From NCBI RefSeq assembly GCF_000143415.4, contig NW_003314263.1, positions 2,978,041 through 3,042,040 of the forward strand: DNA of 64,000 bases, in the 5' to 3' direction. The first letter of the stretch is position 1, and every line of letters begins with the position of its first letter. The notes under the pieces are model-generated. The model saw nothing but the letters and a program-made list of their open reading frames with translations, searched no databases and was not told the DNA's origin. Source of the DNA: Selaginella moellendorffii (lineage: Eukaryota > Plantae > Lycopodiophyta). A program made the translations under genes and the position numbers. Positions 12,293 through 23,224 of this stretch are shown piece by piece.

Positions 12293-13262
12293 CTAGACAT
12301 TCTTGAAATGCTTTGCAGCTGTTATTATTAACACCTCATTGTTCTTGCCGTTTTCACCATCCTTGTTGTTTTCGCTATTTTTGGCATCACCCCCCAATTT
12401 GCCAGAACCACTAACACTAACCGCCAAAGGCTCACTGCCAGACTTATTAAAACTGCTAATGCCAGTAGTTAATGGCTCACCGTTATACTTGCTGGAACTG
12501 TTAGCACCAACTACCAAAATTGTCATCCAGGCACCACAATGTCTTTGGGAAGAGCCTCAAAAGATGATTTTTTAAACTTCTTTTTAAATGATCTTCGAAT
12601 GTCTGAACACTTACTCAGTTGATTCAGCCGGAGCATGTAATCCCAAAAATACTGTTGATCGTGAATGGGGAAAAATCAAAATTAATATGAACAGAAGGTA
12701 CCGAAAGATGGTCGAGCTAAAGCCCTATAATGGCCTTATGCATTACATTCGAGGATTTCCACAAAGGCCTCAAATGTAATACACCACCATCAGGTTCTGG
12801 CTCAATTTATTTTCCGGTACCTCATATTCACGTAAATTTTGACTTTCCCTCACTCACAATCAAGAATATATTCGAGATCACACACTTTGACTAAATTGAC
12901 TGAATAAGTATTTAGACGTTCGAAGAGCATTTAAGAAGAAGTTTAAGAAATCACCTTTCAAAGATCTTCCCAAGGACGTTATGGCACATGAAATCGGTGA
13001 TATGACGATTTTAGCAGCTGGAGCTGGCGGTTCGGACGAGTGTAGCGATGAGCTATTAGCGGCTGGCACTGGCGATTTCAATGAATTTGGCGGTGAGCCT
13101 TTGGCAGCTGGTATTGGCAGTTCTGGCAAATCAAGCAGTGATGGCAAAGATAGCGATAATAATGAAGACAACAAGGATAGTGAGGATGGTGGGGATAATG
13201 AAGCAGCAATAACAATAGTTGCAAAGCACTTCGAGAATGTTCCTAAGGGCTAGAATTGTTAT
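12293..13262. mobile_element. Fold-back / Mutator-like element with about 340-370-bp imperfect inverted arms
   Basis: 12293-12630 is inversely similar to 12885-13255. Central hairpin ATTACATTCGAGG...CCTCAAATGTAAT at about 12742-12780. Same family as 4960-5934. Confidence 0.65.
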
Positions 13263-13380
13263 ATGATTAAAAACAAAACAATAAATCTAGAAAGCAAAAA
13301 ACAAAGAAATGGGAAACAAAGAACAAAGAGTAAAAAAAAAAAAACCTTGTTTACGGCAACAAAGTCGTCATTCTTCAGCT

Positions 13381-13450
13381 GCTCCAGGAATGCAACCAAC
13401 TCACATCCTTCCATTGCTCCAGGAATGCAACCAGCTCACATCCTCCCATT
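13381..13450. repeat. 35-bp tandem duplication inside an unidentified minus-strand exon-like fragment
   Basis: GCTCCAGGAATGCAACCA(A/G)CTCACATCCT(T/C)CCATT at 13381 and 13416. Confidence 0.85.
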
Positions 13451-13659
13451 GCCTAACATGGTCGCTAGTGGGAAAAAAGTGCTTTGCCTTAGAGAGGGCT
13501 GCATCAGGACATCACACACACAAACGAAATCATTGGAGCACAAAACCAATGGAGAAGATAGAATAGAATCTACAAGAGCTTCTACATGCTGCCCCATAAT
13601 AACACTCACTACCCTAGAAACAAGCAAAGAGACCGAGCGAACGGGGCGAAGTTGTTTAT

Positions 13660-13930
13660 AATTAATGCATGCCACCGCCACGCGGCGCGGCGTCGAGTGG
13701 TAGACGTTGCGGTGCGGCGTCGCATGGCCCGGTGCGGTGCGGTGCGGTGCGGCGCCGCGCCAAACTTGCGCATGATTACCGCCGCGCCAGGCGGCCACGC
13801 GGAGGGTTCGCTTACCCCCGCGTGGCGTGGTATGCCAGGCATGCTCGCGTGCCAAAATCCGCATCATTTCCGAGTAAAGAGTGGCCGGATTCGAACCAGC
13901 GATTTACCACCGCATTAAAACGTCTCTAGT
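13660..13930 (-). mobile_element. GC-rich element with a tRNA-like B-box, possible SINE
   Basis: The minus strand has TCGCTGGTTCGAATCCGGC (T-arm-like, about 13884-13902), then a very GC-rich body with (GCACC)n. No full cloverleaf and no TSD seen. Confidence 0.4.
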
Positions 13931-13939
13931 TCAAATCCA

Positions 13940-14075
13940 CAGCGTTCCACGAGTTGCCTTGACAGGCTGGCGCTGTCCACGTGCCGCTAGCTGGCGTATC
14001 CTAGCTCGTCCTCGGCCACGCCGAGATCAATCAGTCGCTTCTCAATGTCAAGAGCCCATGGCGATTGGATCCTCA
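13940..14075 (-). pseudogene. DHAD: Isolated DHAD penultimate-exon fragment
   Basis: Encodes [14 protein letters not shown]...WTAP...KATRGTL remnants; matches 16650-16790. Confidence 0.8.
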
Positions 14076-14821
14076 ACCTTGAAATCACTCAACATGAATT
14101 TCCAGCAGAAACATGACTGGAATCGAATGCCTCGGACCCCGTCGTTTTTCTGGTCGGTGCCAGTGAAAGTTTCGAGCACTTCGCTCGCATCACTTCCCCC
14201 AGTGTCTTCCAAACTCCCGCGAGAAATCCACACTGGCCTCTTCTCCTCCCCCTCCGTCTCGACCGATTCGTGATTCTTTTCCCCCGCTACACTGCCCCGG
14301 ACGTTTCCACCTCCATCTTCCATACTGTCTCGAGAAGCCAGCGCGTCCGGGTCGTCCAGAGCAGTGCTCTCGCTTTGATTCTACCCGAAATAGAAGAAAT
14401 GAGAATTCTCCAAGCTCGATCAATCGATCGATTGACGTACCTTGCTGTTCGCCCTGACGCAACTCGTTCCAGCACCGACCCAGCGCATCCAGAGCGATGG
14501 CGCCACAAGTCGCGAGCAGCAGCGCCCACAGAAAACCCTCTCGCATCCTAGCCCCGATCTCAGTTTCGCTCCACTCGATCCAATCCCGAATGCGCTCGCT
14601 TGTCGGTTGCCAGAGATAGCGAGGAATTTGACTGCCTGAACCAAACGAACAATGGAGCTAAGATCCATCTATAAAGCTCTAGAATCTATCCTCCAAGTTC
14701 TAGCTGAGAGCTTGAGAAAAGTTTGAGAAAATGCTAGCGAGGAAGAGATTGAAAGGAAGACTATCTGAGAGAGATATCACTCTATCGAGCAAGCTATCAA
14801 AGACGAAAGGAATCGAAACAT

Positions 14822-15055
14822 ACCATGCAATGAAGAAAATCTTGCTCTTTTGGCACGATCCTCTGTCACGAAATCGAAATCAAAGACAGCATACCGGCGA
14901 TAGCTCTCTGGCAAGCACGCTGCAAAATCATCGTAGCTCTCGGCAGCTTCTCCACCACGACCTCGTTGGTGGCATCATCGATCTTGAAGATCTGGAGCTC
15001 CAGGAATTTGTTCTTGCACTCGCCACTCACGGCCATTCCAAAGCCTGCATTTCCC
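14822..15055 (-). pseudogene. ADF: Actin-depolymerizing factor (ADF/cofilin) exon fragment
   Basis: GMAVSGECKNKFLELQ..IFKIDD..VVVEKL, then ESYDDFAACLPE..RYAVFDFDFVTED and QKSKIFFIAW, across small deletions and frameshifts. Confidence 0.85.
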
Positions 15056-15599
15056 CTCAAGAACGCGAAATCCAGTTAAGAATACCACGATATTTCGCGA
15101 GATCCACACCATACCAGGCCAGCGCTGAGCGATCGCCTCCACAAAAATGCTCAGACCAAGCTGCGATTTCTTATTCCGGGAAACCGGCCCCGGATTTCGA
15201 TGCGCTTCGCGAAAGCCCACGAAGCGATCGAATATTCGTACTCATTAAAGTGATCAAAACTTTTCCAGTTTACTTTAGACACTTTTATTTCACTGAGATT
15301 TGAACCCAGCACCTTTTCTTACTAAATGGGTGCTATAACCAAAAGAGCTATGAAGGTTATATTGAATGTTCGTAAAATTTCAAAAGCTTTCAATTAATTG
15401 CAGAAATCCATTTTTTCTTTCAAAGTGAATTGTCTAAAATTCATTATTAACATATATTTTATTAAAATAGACATGCATCAAACTGTCCAGAAGGTGTTAG
15501 TTAATTATTCATATAATTTAAACTGTCATTAAGTGAAGTATTGACTGATTTAATGACGGATTAAAGGAAATTTAAACTATACCTAATTGAAAGCTCTTG

Positions 15600-16260
15600 C
15601 TCTACGAATCCATTTCTTTCTGCACATGTAGCAAAACTCGCATCTGCAAGAAAGTTTTTTGACTCAGAGAAAAAGAAAACATTCACATAGTTGCATTTAA
15701 TGTGTTCGCATCCACTGTCACGCTCGATAATCCGTCCCATCTCTCATACTGGCGCCTCTTTGCCAGCGTTTTCAGCAACCACGCAGAGCTGAAACGTGTG
15801 GCACGACATGTGCACGTGCCATGACTGTAACACGTCATACAAGCCCCTGCCGACGCGGATGCCGAGCTGGAAGATGACGTGGACTCGGACACCTCCAGCT
15901 CATTATCTCGGAGCAGTCCTTGTACGGACAGTACACTTTATACTCCGTCCGGGATGCTCAAGTCCTTGACGCGCTTGGCCAGCATTTCCAAGGTCTTCTC
16001 GGACAGCAAACGCCCACACTCTTCGTCGCTGAAACTCACTGCGCAGTTCACCGCCGGGCACCGGATATTCACCTCACCCTGCGTCACTTTCACCGCGGCG
16101 TGCCGCTCCACGAACCGGTGGTCACACCCCGACAACGTGACCATCTCGCTGGGAAACCCGGCGCAGATGGTACACACCTCGGTGACGTACGAACGGCATA
16201 TTCTATCCCACGTGTTACGCATATTCCCCACCCTCCATGGTCCAGCTGGCGCAATCGACG
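15600..16260 (-). pseudogene. RBR (RING-IBR-RING) E3 ubiquitin ligase relic
   Basis: CTIC...GCDHRF...IRCPAVNC, VYCPYKDCS and RCEFCYMC motifs, interrupted by stops and frameshifts. Confidence 0.75.
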
Positions 16261-16544
16261 GCTCTCCAGCTCCGCCAGCCGCCGGTCGGCCTAGTGCAAG
16301 CGGCGACGTCGGAATCTACCGATTCCATCCTTGATTCCATGCCAAAAGCGAGCTGAGAAAAAAAACCTCACTTCCAAAAGGAGTTTCCGAGGAATCGAAA
16401 CAGCGACCTAAGGATGTCTGGAACACGTCTTCCAACTGAGCTAAAGTCGGAGTGCTGAACAAAAATACTGGAAAAACTTTACCGCCAAATACTGGAAAAA
16501 CTAAAACTTCTCTATAAAAACTTGGTCTCACAGAAAATTTCTGT

Positions 16545-17491
16545 TCATCGGTCCCTTCGGAGGCGGACTTCACATTCTTGATGTACTGCAAGGAAATCAA
16601 ATTCACCGTGAAACTTTTGACAGCTTTCTATTAGCTTTGTTCATACCTTGTATAGCGTTCCACGAGTTGCCTTGAGAGGTGGCGCTGTCCACGCTTTCTT
16701 TCGTGCCGCTAGCTCGTCCTCGGCCACGCCGAGATCAATCAGTCGCTTCTCATTATCATGACCATCTTCGACTAAGGCGATTGGACCCCCAACCTAGAAA
16801 TTAGATACCATCCATGATCCCACTTGTAGGTGTTAGCATCTCAGGCATTCCCGGACCACCCTCATAACAATCACGGAGCCCTGAGAATTTCACCGATCAC
16901 CAGTGACTTATATCTTGCTCTGGACTGAGAGAAAAAAAGCATACCTTGAAGCTTTGAGGATTCTCAGACAGCGCTGAAAGCATAGAGCCATCGGGAGCAA
17001 GGTTTCCATACAAGATCTGTATGTGGCCAGTCGACTTGATAGGCCGATCCAGTGGATGTATGACATCCTGTAAAATATTATGTCAAGGAAACACCAGGTT
17101 AAACTTTAAGTTACCTGTCCCTCGCTCAAGGGCGGGCAGATGGATATATTTTCCGACAAGGTCTTGCCAGTCATTGGACATACCAGAAAAGAGAGAGAGA
17201 GAGAGGGAAGAGAGAGAGAGAGAAAAAAAAAAAACGTTACTTTGCGCAAGATGACTCCATTTCTTGAAGTTACCAGCGATGCAGTCGCCATTGAGGTAGC
17301 GCTCCTCAAGCAGATACTTTAAAACGCCAGGCGTTCCACCGATCTGTGACATCGCAATATATTGTGAGTCACCACAAACTGGGAATTACAGACCTTATGC
17401 AAGTCCTCCACTCTGGGCTTAAGATCAGCGATAAACGGAACTCTGTTACTAAATTTCTGAAAGTCGTCCAAGGTCAGTGGCACGTTTACTG
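16545..17491 (-). pseudogene. DHAD: DHAD 3'-half fragment with deletions
   Basis: [57 protein letters not shown]...KATRGTLYK and YIKNVKSASEG. Confidence 0.9.
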
Positions 17492-17504
17492 AAAATTTCT
17501 CGTA

Positions 17505-18322
17505 GATGAATTCTACGAGCTAACTCCGGAAGATTATGCTCGATTGGTGTCCAAGAAAAGAGAAGGTCGGCAGGTTCGATCGTGCTGGTTCTTCCATGTG
17601 ATCTTGCACTCAAAGTTTCCTTTTATGTTTTTTCTTTTGCCTTCCAGAGAGATTCTTGAAGACAGCAAAAATCCGTGACGCTGAGGCAGCAGCTCGTAGA
17701 TCCAAGTTTGCTAAGGTACTGAAATTGTCACTCCATGGATCGTCCGACTTACATTCTTTTCTCCTCGCAGGCCACACTTCGTGTCCAGTTCCCGGATAGC
17801 ATAATCGTTGAGGCCGATTTTAGTCCTCTAGATCTGGTTGTGGAGCTTGTTACAATGCTGGAAACATTGCTGCTAAAACCAGAGATCCCGTTCCATCTGT
17901 GTAAGTTCTCCTCCCAAAACTCTTTTTTTGTTCTAGTTCATGCATTTTACACTTCGAAACACAGACACAACGCCTCCCAAGCAAATCCTCAAGGACTACA
18001 ATGTTACCATGTACGATGCTGGCTTAGTTCCAGGAGCTCTTGTTTATCTATCCTACAACAGTGGTAAGGGTCTCTTTGCACGAAGTTCCAGCGGTTCTAA
18101 GGGATCTCTTTTCCTCCAGATTTCCAAGGGCCATATCTTAAGGAGATCGTCCTCGCTTCACAGCATTCAGATGAAGAATCCAAAGACCAAGTTTTAGCTC
18201 CACCAGCGGGATCTCCTCCTCGAGTAGCGTCCCCGGAAGAAACACGACCAAGCTCTCGACAAACAGTTCCTGTTGGTAAAGGAAGCAAGCCCAGGCCCAA
18301 ATGGTTGAAGCTTGGAAAATGA
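17505..18322 (+). pseudogene. PUX1: 5'-truncated PUX1 copy (left arm of an inverted repeat)
   Basis: Starts mid-exon at DEFYELTP and runs to KPRPKWLKLGK-TGA; no start exons. Confidence 0.88.
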
Positions 18323-18589
18323 AAAGTTTTGGAAAGTAAAAAAATGGAAAGTTTCGGTGATTTCGTGGAGACACGGGGTTGAGTTGTAAATTGTGGAAAA
18401 TCAATAAAAATTATATCTTACATTCAAAGACCATGCTTCTAGTAAACCTTTGAAACTATTGCCCTTAGAAACTCGTCTGATTTAAATCTTACAATAATCC
18501 TTTATAAATGAAGATGTTATAGAACAACTACAAATAAATATTGAATGCCCGAGTTGTTCCGGTACATCCGGGATCTCAATGCAGCCTCT

Positions 18590-19170
18590 CAGCCTCTTCA
18601 CGGAGATCACGGACTTACCGAAACAACTCTGGCACAACGTTTTAAAGCTTTAGAGCGTTGTTTCCAGATCATGTATCTGTAACGTTTTGCTTGAAACAAG
18701 TCCAAGATACCGGAAAGAAACGAACCCTGCCCTCCGAAGCCTCCCTCCCTATTCCTCTTGCAGTGGGCATTTTGCCGGTTTTACTATCCTGAGTGAACTG
18801 GATAGTGGCAAGATCGTCAGTCAGGTCCTTGGCTTTCTTTCCCGCAATTCTTAGACTTTGGAAGTCACAACCTCAGACAGTGTTACCATTGTCTGGAAAG
18901 ACTAACCTTCATACGCGTAAATTGTGCATGTATAGCAGGATCCAGCAAAAGACGACGTGACTGAGACCAAACAAAGTTGTAACATCTGGAAGATACGACT
19001 ACCTGAAGCGTTGGAGGCCTCAACGAAACCTTCAAATCGTAAAGTGCAATCGCATTTTTAACAGAAAATAGAAACATTGAAGAGAGATGCCTTCATTTCT
19101 GCAATTTCTTGCTCCTTGTTTGACAATTGGATCAGCATGACAGCTTCCTTGCGCGCCTGGACTATGCACG
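18590..19170 (-). pseudogene. FIP37: FIP37/WTAP-like gene fragment
   Basis: QLSNKEQEIAEMK, LYDLKVSLRPPTLQ, SRRLLLDPAIHAQFTRMK and DDLATIQFTQDSKTGKM, matching the FIP37/WTAP coiled-coil core. Confidence 0.78.
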
Positions 19171-19268
19171 CTGTTCAGAAAACAAAAAGGAAAAGGAAAC
19201 TACACAACTCGCAACACCAAACTTGCAAATACCTAGGATCAGCAGAAGCCCTTTCCGTAAGGGTAGGT

Positions 19269-20288
19269 ATGGATATCTTGGTGCACATAGTTGAAGAGGA
19301 GGTTTTGACGCGCTTGCCAGCAGTTGTTTTGCACCGCCGCGTCAGGGCCGTGTGCAAACGGTGGAGGGATCTCATAGACTCACCAAGATTTGCAAAGTTC
19401 CATTCAGCACACCACTCTATAAAAAAGCAGAGTTGCCCCCCTCGCGTCTTGGGTATAACTCAAAATGGTAAGGAACTCTATAGCTGCAACCCGTTCGTCG
19501 CTGGATCTGACGCACAGAAGGATTGGGTCCGTCAGGATGTCTACGGTCACATCAGGGTTGTCAAGGCTTGTGGTGGATTGCTGTTTGGAAAGATGGGCCG
19601 TGACTATGTTGCTCTCAATCCGCTCACCCGAGCTCTCAAGGTGCTTCCCCCGCCGCCCCTGGAAGCAGCATATATATCCCCGAATATTCATTGTGCCCTG
19701 GTATTGGAACCGTCCATGCAGCGTTACTGGATTTGTATAGCGGGAGATATAGCAAAGCAATTGCATGTATATCACTCAAGATCGGGAGTGTGGGACACGG
19801 TGGATTACCTTCCTGGCTGGGGTAATCTCAAATATGGAGTTGGGATGGCTAACAGCAACGCTTATTTTTCTGCTGAACATGACTGTATGTGGGGGATTTT
19901 GAGCTTCAACATGGAAGAAATGAGATGGTTTGTTGAGTGGTCATCTTTCAAAGACAATTCCCCTATTCAAATGTGCTGGTCTATATACAAATGGATGGTA
20001 ACAACAGCAAATCAGTTTTTCATGGTGGCTATGGGAGAAGACCAGATGACGCTGATAAGGTTGGACTGTGCATCAAACGGACATGTTCAGGAGGCAGGCT
20101 GTGATTACAATGAGAAACGCTATCCTATCCCTCCAATCTGTTTTTACGAAGGCACCTTCATGATTGCGGACGAGGAAAAGCTTTATTTTCTGGATTATGA
20201 GAGTAAGACCTGGAGCACCATTCCAACTCAGAATCTTTCAGTTGTGAGTTATGTTTTTATGTTCACACCATCTTTGGTGCCTCCATGA
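19269..20288 (+). CDS. Intronless F-box protein (339 aa) with a beta-propeller-type C-terminal region
   Basis: EEVLTRLP...RAVCKRWRDLI F-box motif; ACGGLL, VALNPLTR.LKVLPPPP, VYHSRSGVW; ends FTPSLVPP. The ORF is uninterrupted. Confidence 0.88.
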   Translation: MDILVHIVEEEVLTRLPAVVLHRRVRAVCKRWRDLIDSPRFAKFHSAHHSIKKQSCPPRVLGITQNGKELYSCNPFVAGSDAQKDWVRQDVYGHIRVVKACGGLLFGKMGRDYVALNPLTRALKVLPPPPLEAAYISPNIHCALVLEPSMQRYWICIAGDIAKQLHVYHSRSGVWDTVDYLPGWGNLKYGVGMANSNAYFSAEHDCMWGILSFNMEEMRWFVEWSSFKDNSPIQMCWSIYKWMVTTANQFFMVAMGEDQMTLIRLDCASNGHVQEAGCDYNEKRYPIPPICFYEGTFMIADEEKLYFLDYESKTWSTIPTQNLSVVSYVFMFTPSLVPP

Positions 20289-20816
20289 TGCTATAAATCA
20301 AAGTGGCACTGTTACGGGCTCTGAAGCGAGTTCAGCTACAGATTCTACAGCTGCTGATCTCGTTCTGCAAGAACATGCCTAAACTTTGTTGCCGCTGTCC
20401 GTGAGAGTTGAGTTACACAGATACTTTTTTTTGTTCTTGATTCATCCGTTTGCTTTGCTCCACTTGATTCTGCAGTGTGTCCAATAAAAATGTTTCAAAA
20501 GCTTTGAAAATAAATCTTGCAGGTTGTACATTTGCTGCAACCTCTCAGCCTTGAGATCCCGGATGTACCGGAACAACTTGGGCATTCAATATTTATCTGT
20601 AGTTGTTCTATAACATCTTCATTTATAAAGGATTATTGTAAGATTTAAATCGGACGAGTTTCTAAGGGCAATAGTTTCAAAGGTTTACTAGAAGCATGGT
20701 CTTTGAATGTACATTCGTCAAGATATAATTTTTATTGATTTTCCACAATTTACAACTCAACCCCGTGTCTCCACGAAATCACCGAAACTTTCCATTTTTT
20801 TACTTTCCAAAACTTT

Positions 20817-21894
20817 TCATTTTCCAAGCTTCAACCATTTGGGCCTGGGCTTGCTTCCTTTACCAACAGGAACTGTTTGTTGAGAGCTTGGTCGTGTTTC
20901 TTCCGGGGACGCTACTCGAGGAGGAGATCCCGCTGGTGGAGCTAAAACTTGGTCTTTGGATTCTTCATCCGAATGCTGTGAAGCGAGGACGATCTCCTTG
21001 AGATATGGCCCTTGGAAATCTGGAGGAAAAGAGATCCCTTAGAACCGCTGGAACTAAGTGCAAAGATACCCTTACCATTGTTGTAGGATAGATAAACAAG
21101 AGCTCCTGGAACTAAGCCAGCATCGTACATGGTAACATTGTAGTCCTTGAGGATTTGCTTGGGAGGCGTTGTGTCTGTCTTTCAAAGTGTAAGCTTCATG
21201 AACTAGAACAAAAAAAGAGTTTTGGGAGGAGAACTTACACAGATGGAACGGGATCTCTGGCTTTAGCAGCAATTTTTCCAGCATTGTAACAAGCTCCACA
21301 ACCAGATCCAGAGGACTAAAATCGGCCTCAACGATGATGCTATCCGGGAACTGGACACGAAGTGTGGCCTGCGAGGGGAAAAGAATGTAAGTCGGGCGAT
21401 CCATGGAGTGACAATTTCAGTACCTTAGCAAACTTGGATCTACGAGCTGCTGCCTCAGCGTCACGGATTTTTGCTGTCTTCAAGAATCTCTCTGGAAGGC
21501 AAAAGAAAAAACGCAAAAAGGAAACTTTGAGTGAAAGATCATATGGAAGAACCAACACGATCGAACCTGCCGACCTTCTCTTTTCTTGGACACCAATCGG
21601 GCATAATCTTCCGGAGTTAGCTCGTAGAATTCATCGCTCTCGGCCTCCTCTGCCCCATCAGAATCATACCCATCAAAATCGAAAACTCGGAAAGGACTTC
21701 TCTCGCCTTTGCCAGTCGCGTGCTGAATCGGGGCCTCCAACGCCGCGGGATTGACGAACACACGGAGATCTCTTCCAATCAAGCTTCTCACTGCCGCCTG
21801 TAAGAGAGGATTTTCAGGATTGGAGAGTTCACCAAACGATACAAACCAGCGATTGCTGCCAGGCGCCGGGCGAAGAATGCGCTTCACTCGCCAT
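20817..21894 (-). CDS. PUX1: Plant UBX domain-containing protein 1, apparently intact
   Basis: Seven exons splice in frame: MASEAH...LIGRDLRVF...DEFYELTPEDY...LRVQFPD...PFHLYTTPPKQ...AGLVPGALVY...KWLKLGK. Intron 2 needs a GC donor or is retained in frame. Confidence 0.87.
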
Positions 21895-21981
21895 AAAACC
21901 TTATTAGGGTTCTTCCAAGAAAGGGCTATATATGGCAACGCTGACGTCACTGAAATGGGGGGAAAATTATTTCTAGGGTTC
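21895..21981. promoter_or_regulatory. Very short divergent PUX1/YjgA spacer with telo-box, TATA-like and TGACGTCA motifs
   Basis: TTAGGGTT at about 21904-21911, TATATA at about 21927, TGACGTCA at about 21942-21949. Confidence 0.55.
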
Positions 21982-23214
21982 ATGATCGCGTCGCGGGCGC
22001 TAGCTGGACGATCCACGATTGGATTGGAGAGGCGCATTGGAGTATTGGATTGGAGGTATGCCGCGCTTCTCCTTTTCAGCAGAGGATTCCAGGAGAGATC
22101 CAAGCGACCGAAGATTGGGGCAGGGATTCCCGTGAAGCCGCCATTGGCACCAAAGAAGCCGCTGGACGATTGGGACATCGAGAGTGATCCCGAGGGGGAT
22201 TTTGAGCCGACTAGGAAATGCAAATCGCTGCTCAAGAAGAGGGGACGTTGGTCTTTGCATATGGCCAAAATTCTTGCTACATTCTCCTCAACGAGCCTCA
22301 ACAATGCTATCAAGTGAGTGATTTTTCTTGCTCTTTGTTCCCTGCCATTTTTCTTTCCTTGTTTCTTTGGTTATTTGGTTCCGTTTTTTCTTCTCTTTTT
22401 ACCTTTCCTTTTTGTTCTTTGTTTCGAAGATGGGGATGCTTACCGGACGAATGCTATGATGCTGTTAAGACGCTACAGGTAGTTTTTCTCCCTTCGATCA
22501 TCACAATCTATCTAAAAAATGGTGTTTTTGGTCCTTTTTTCCAGAAGATGGAAGCCACTGGAGTTTTGGTTGGAAAGCGAAGGCTCTATAACTACTTGGG
22601 TGAGAGCTCATTCTTTCTTGCGATGGATGATAGATGTTCTTGTCTGAATGCAGCGGGTTTGCTTCACAATGCCAGCCCTTCTGTGGTGGAGTATGTTTTG
22701 CATAGTCTGCAACGCGAAGAGCCTGCCATCAAGAGAATTGGAGGAATTAGAGACAATGAGGTATGCATGAGGTCCTTTTGAAATCATTCTAAGCAAGAAT
22801 GATTTTTCATAGATGGAAGAGTATACCATGAGCTTGTCTGACAAATGGTTTGATGGCCTCATGTCCGGAAACTTGAACATCCACAATGACATCCATTGTT
22901 TACCATACGAGATGTTTGACAGAGAAGTGAGTTTGTCTTTGTGATAAACACTTAAATACGTTTCTTTCGTGTTTCAGGAGCTCCGGTGGCTTATAAAGAA
23001 CCTCAAGGGAAGGATTTACATGAGAGACAAGCTTCCAATGAAGGATCCGCTGTGGGAGCATCGATCAACGAAATGCGTCCGTGCTGAGAACCGCTTGAGA
23101 CGTTTCTTACAAGATCTAGCCCGGAGAGATTACAGTGGTAAAGCTTACGACAAGGCACAAAAGGAGGAGGCAAAAACCGGTGTATGCAGACCATTTGTTC
23201 TCAACTGGAAGTAG
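21955..23214 (+). CDS. YjgA/DarP (DUF615, UPF0307) family organellar ribosome-associated protein, intact, 6 exons (start 21955 or 21982)
   Basis: GT-AG exons splice in frame to about 300 aa. Motifs LATFS...LPDECYDAV...GKRRLYNYLAGLL and KWFDGL...FDREELRWLI resemble plant DUF615 proteins. Arg-rich targeting-like N-terminus. Confidence 0.75.
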
Positions 23215-23224
23215 CACGATGGTT

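Larger units (their letters stand above)
17505..21632. repeat. Inverted repeat with about 1.08-kb arms (17505-18580 / 20551-21632) and a 2-kb spacer
   Basis: Near-identical ORFs on opposite strands (18138..18404 minus vs 20735..21001 plus; 17735..18067 plus vs 21072..21404 minus). Confidence 0.92.

Noticed and set aside
13880-13935. Functional tRNA gene
   Set aside because: Only a T-arm-like motif; no acceptor stem or D-arm could be built.
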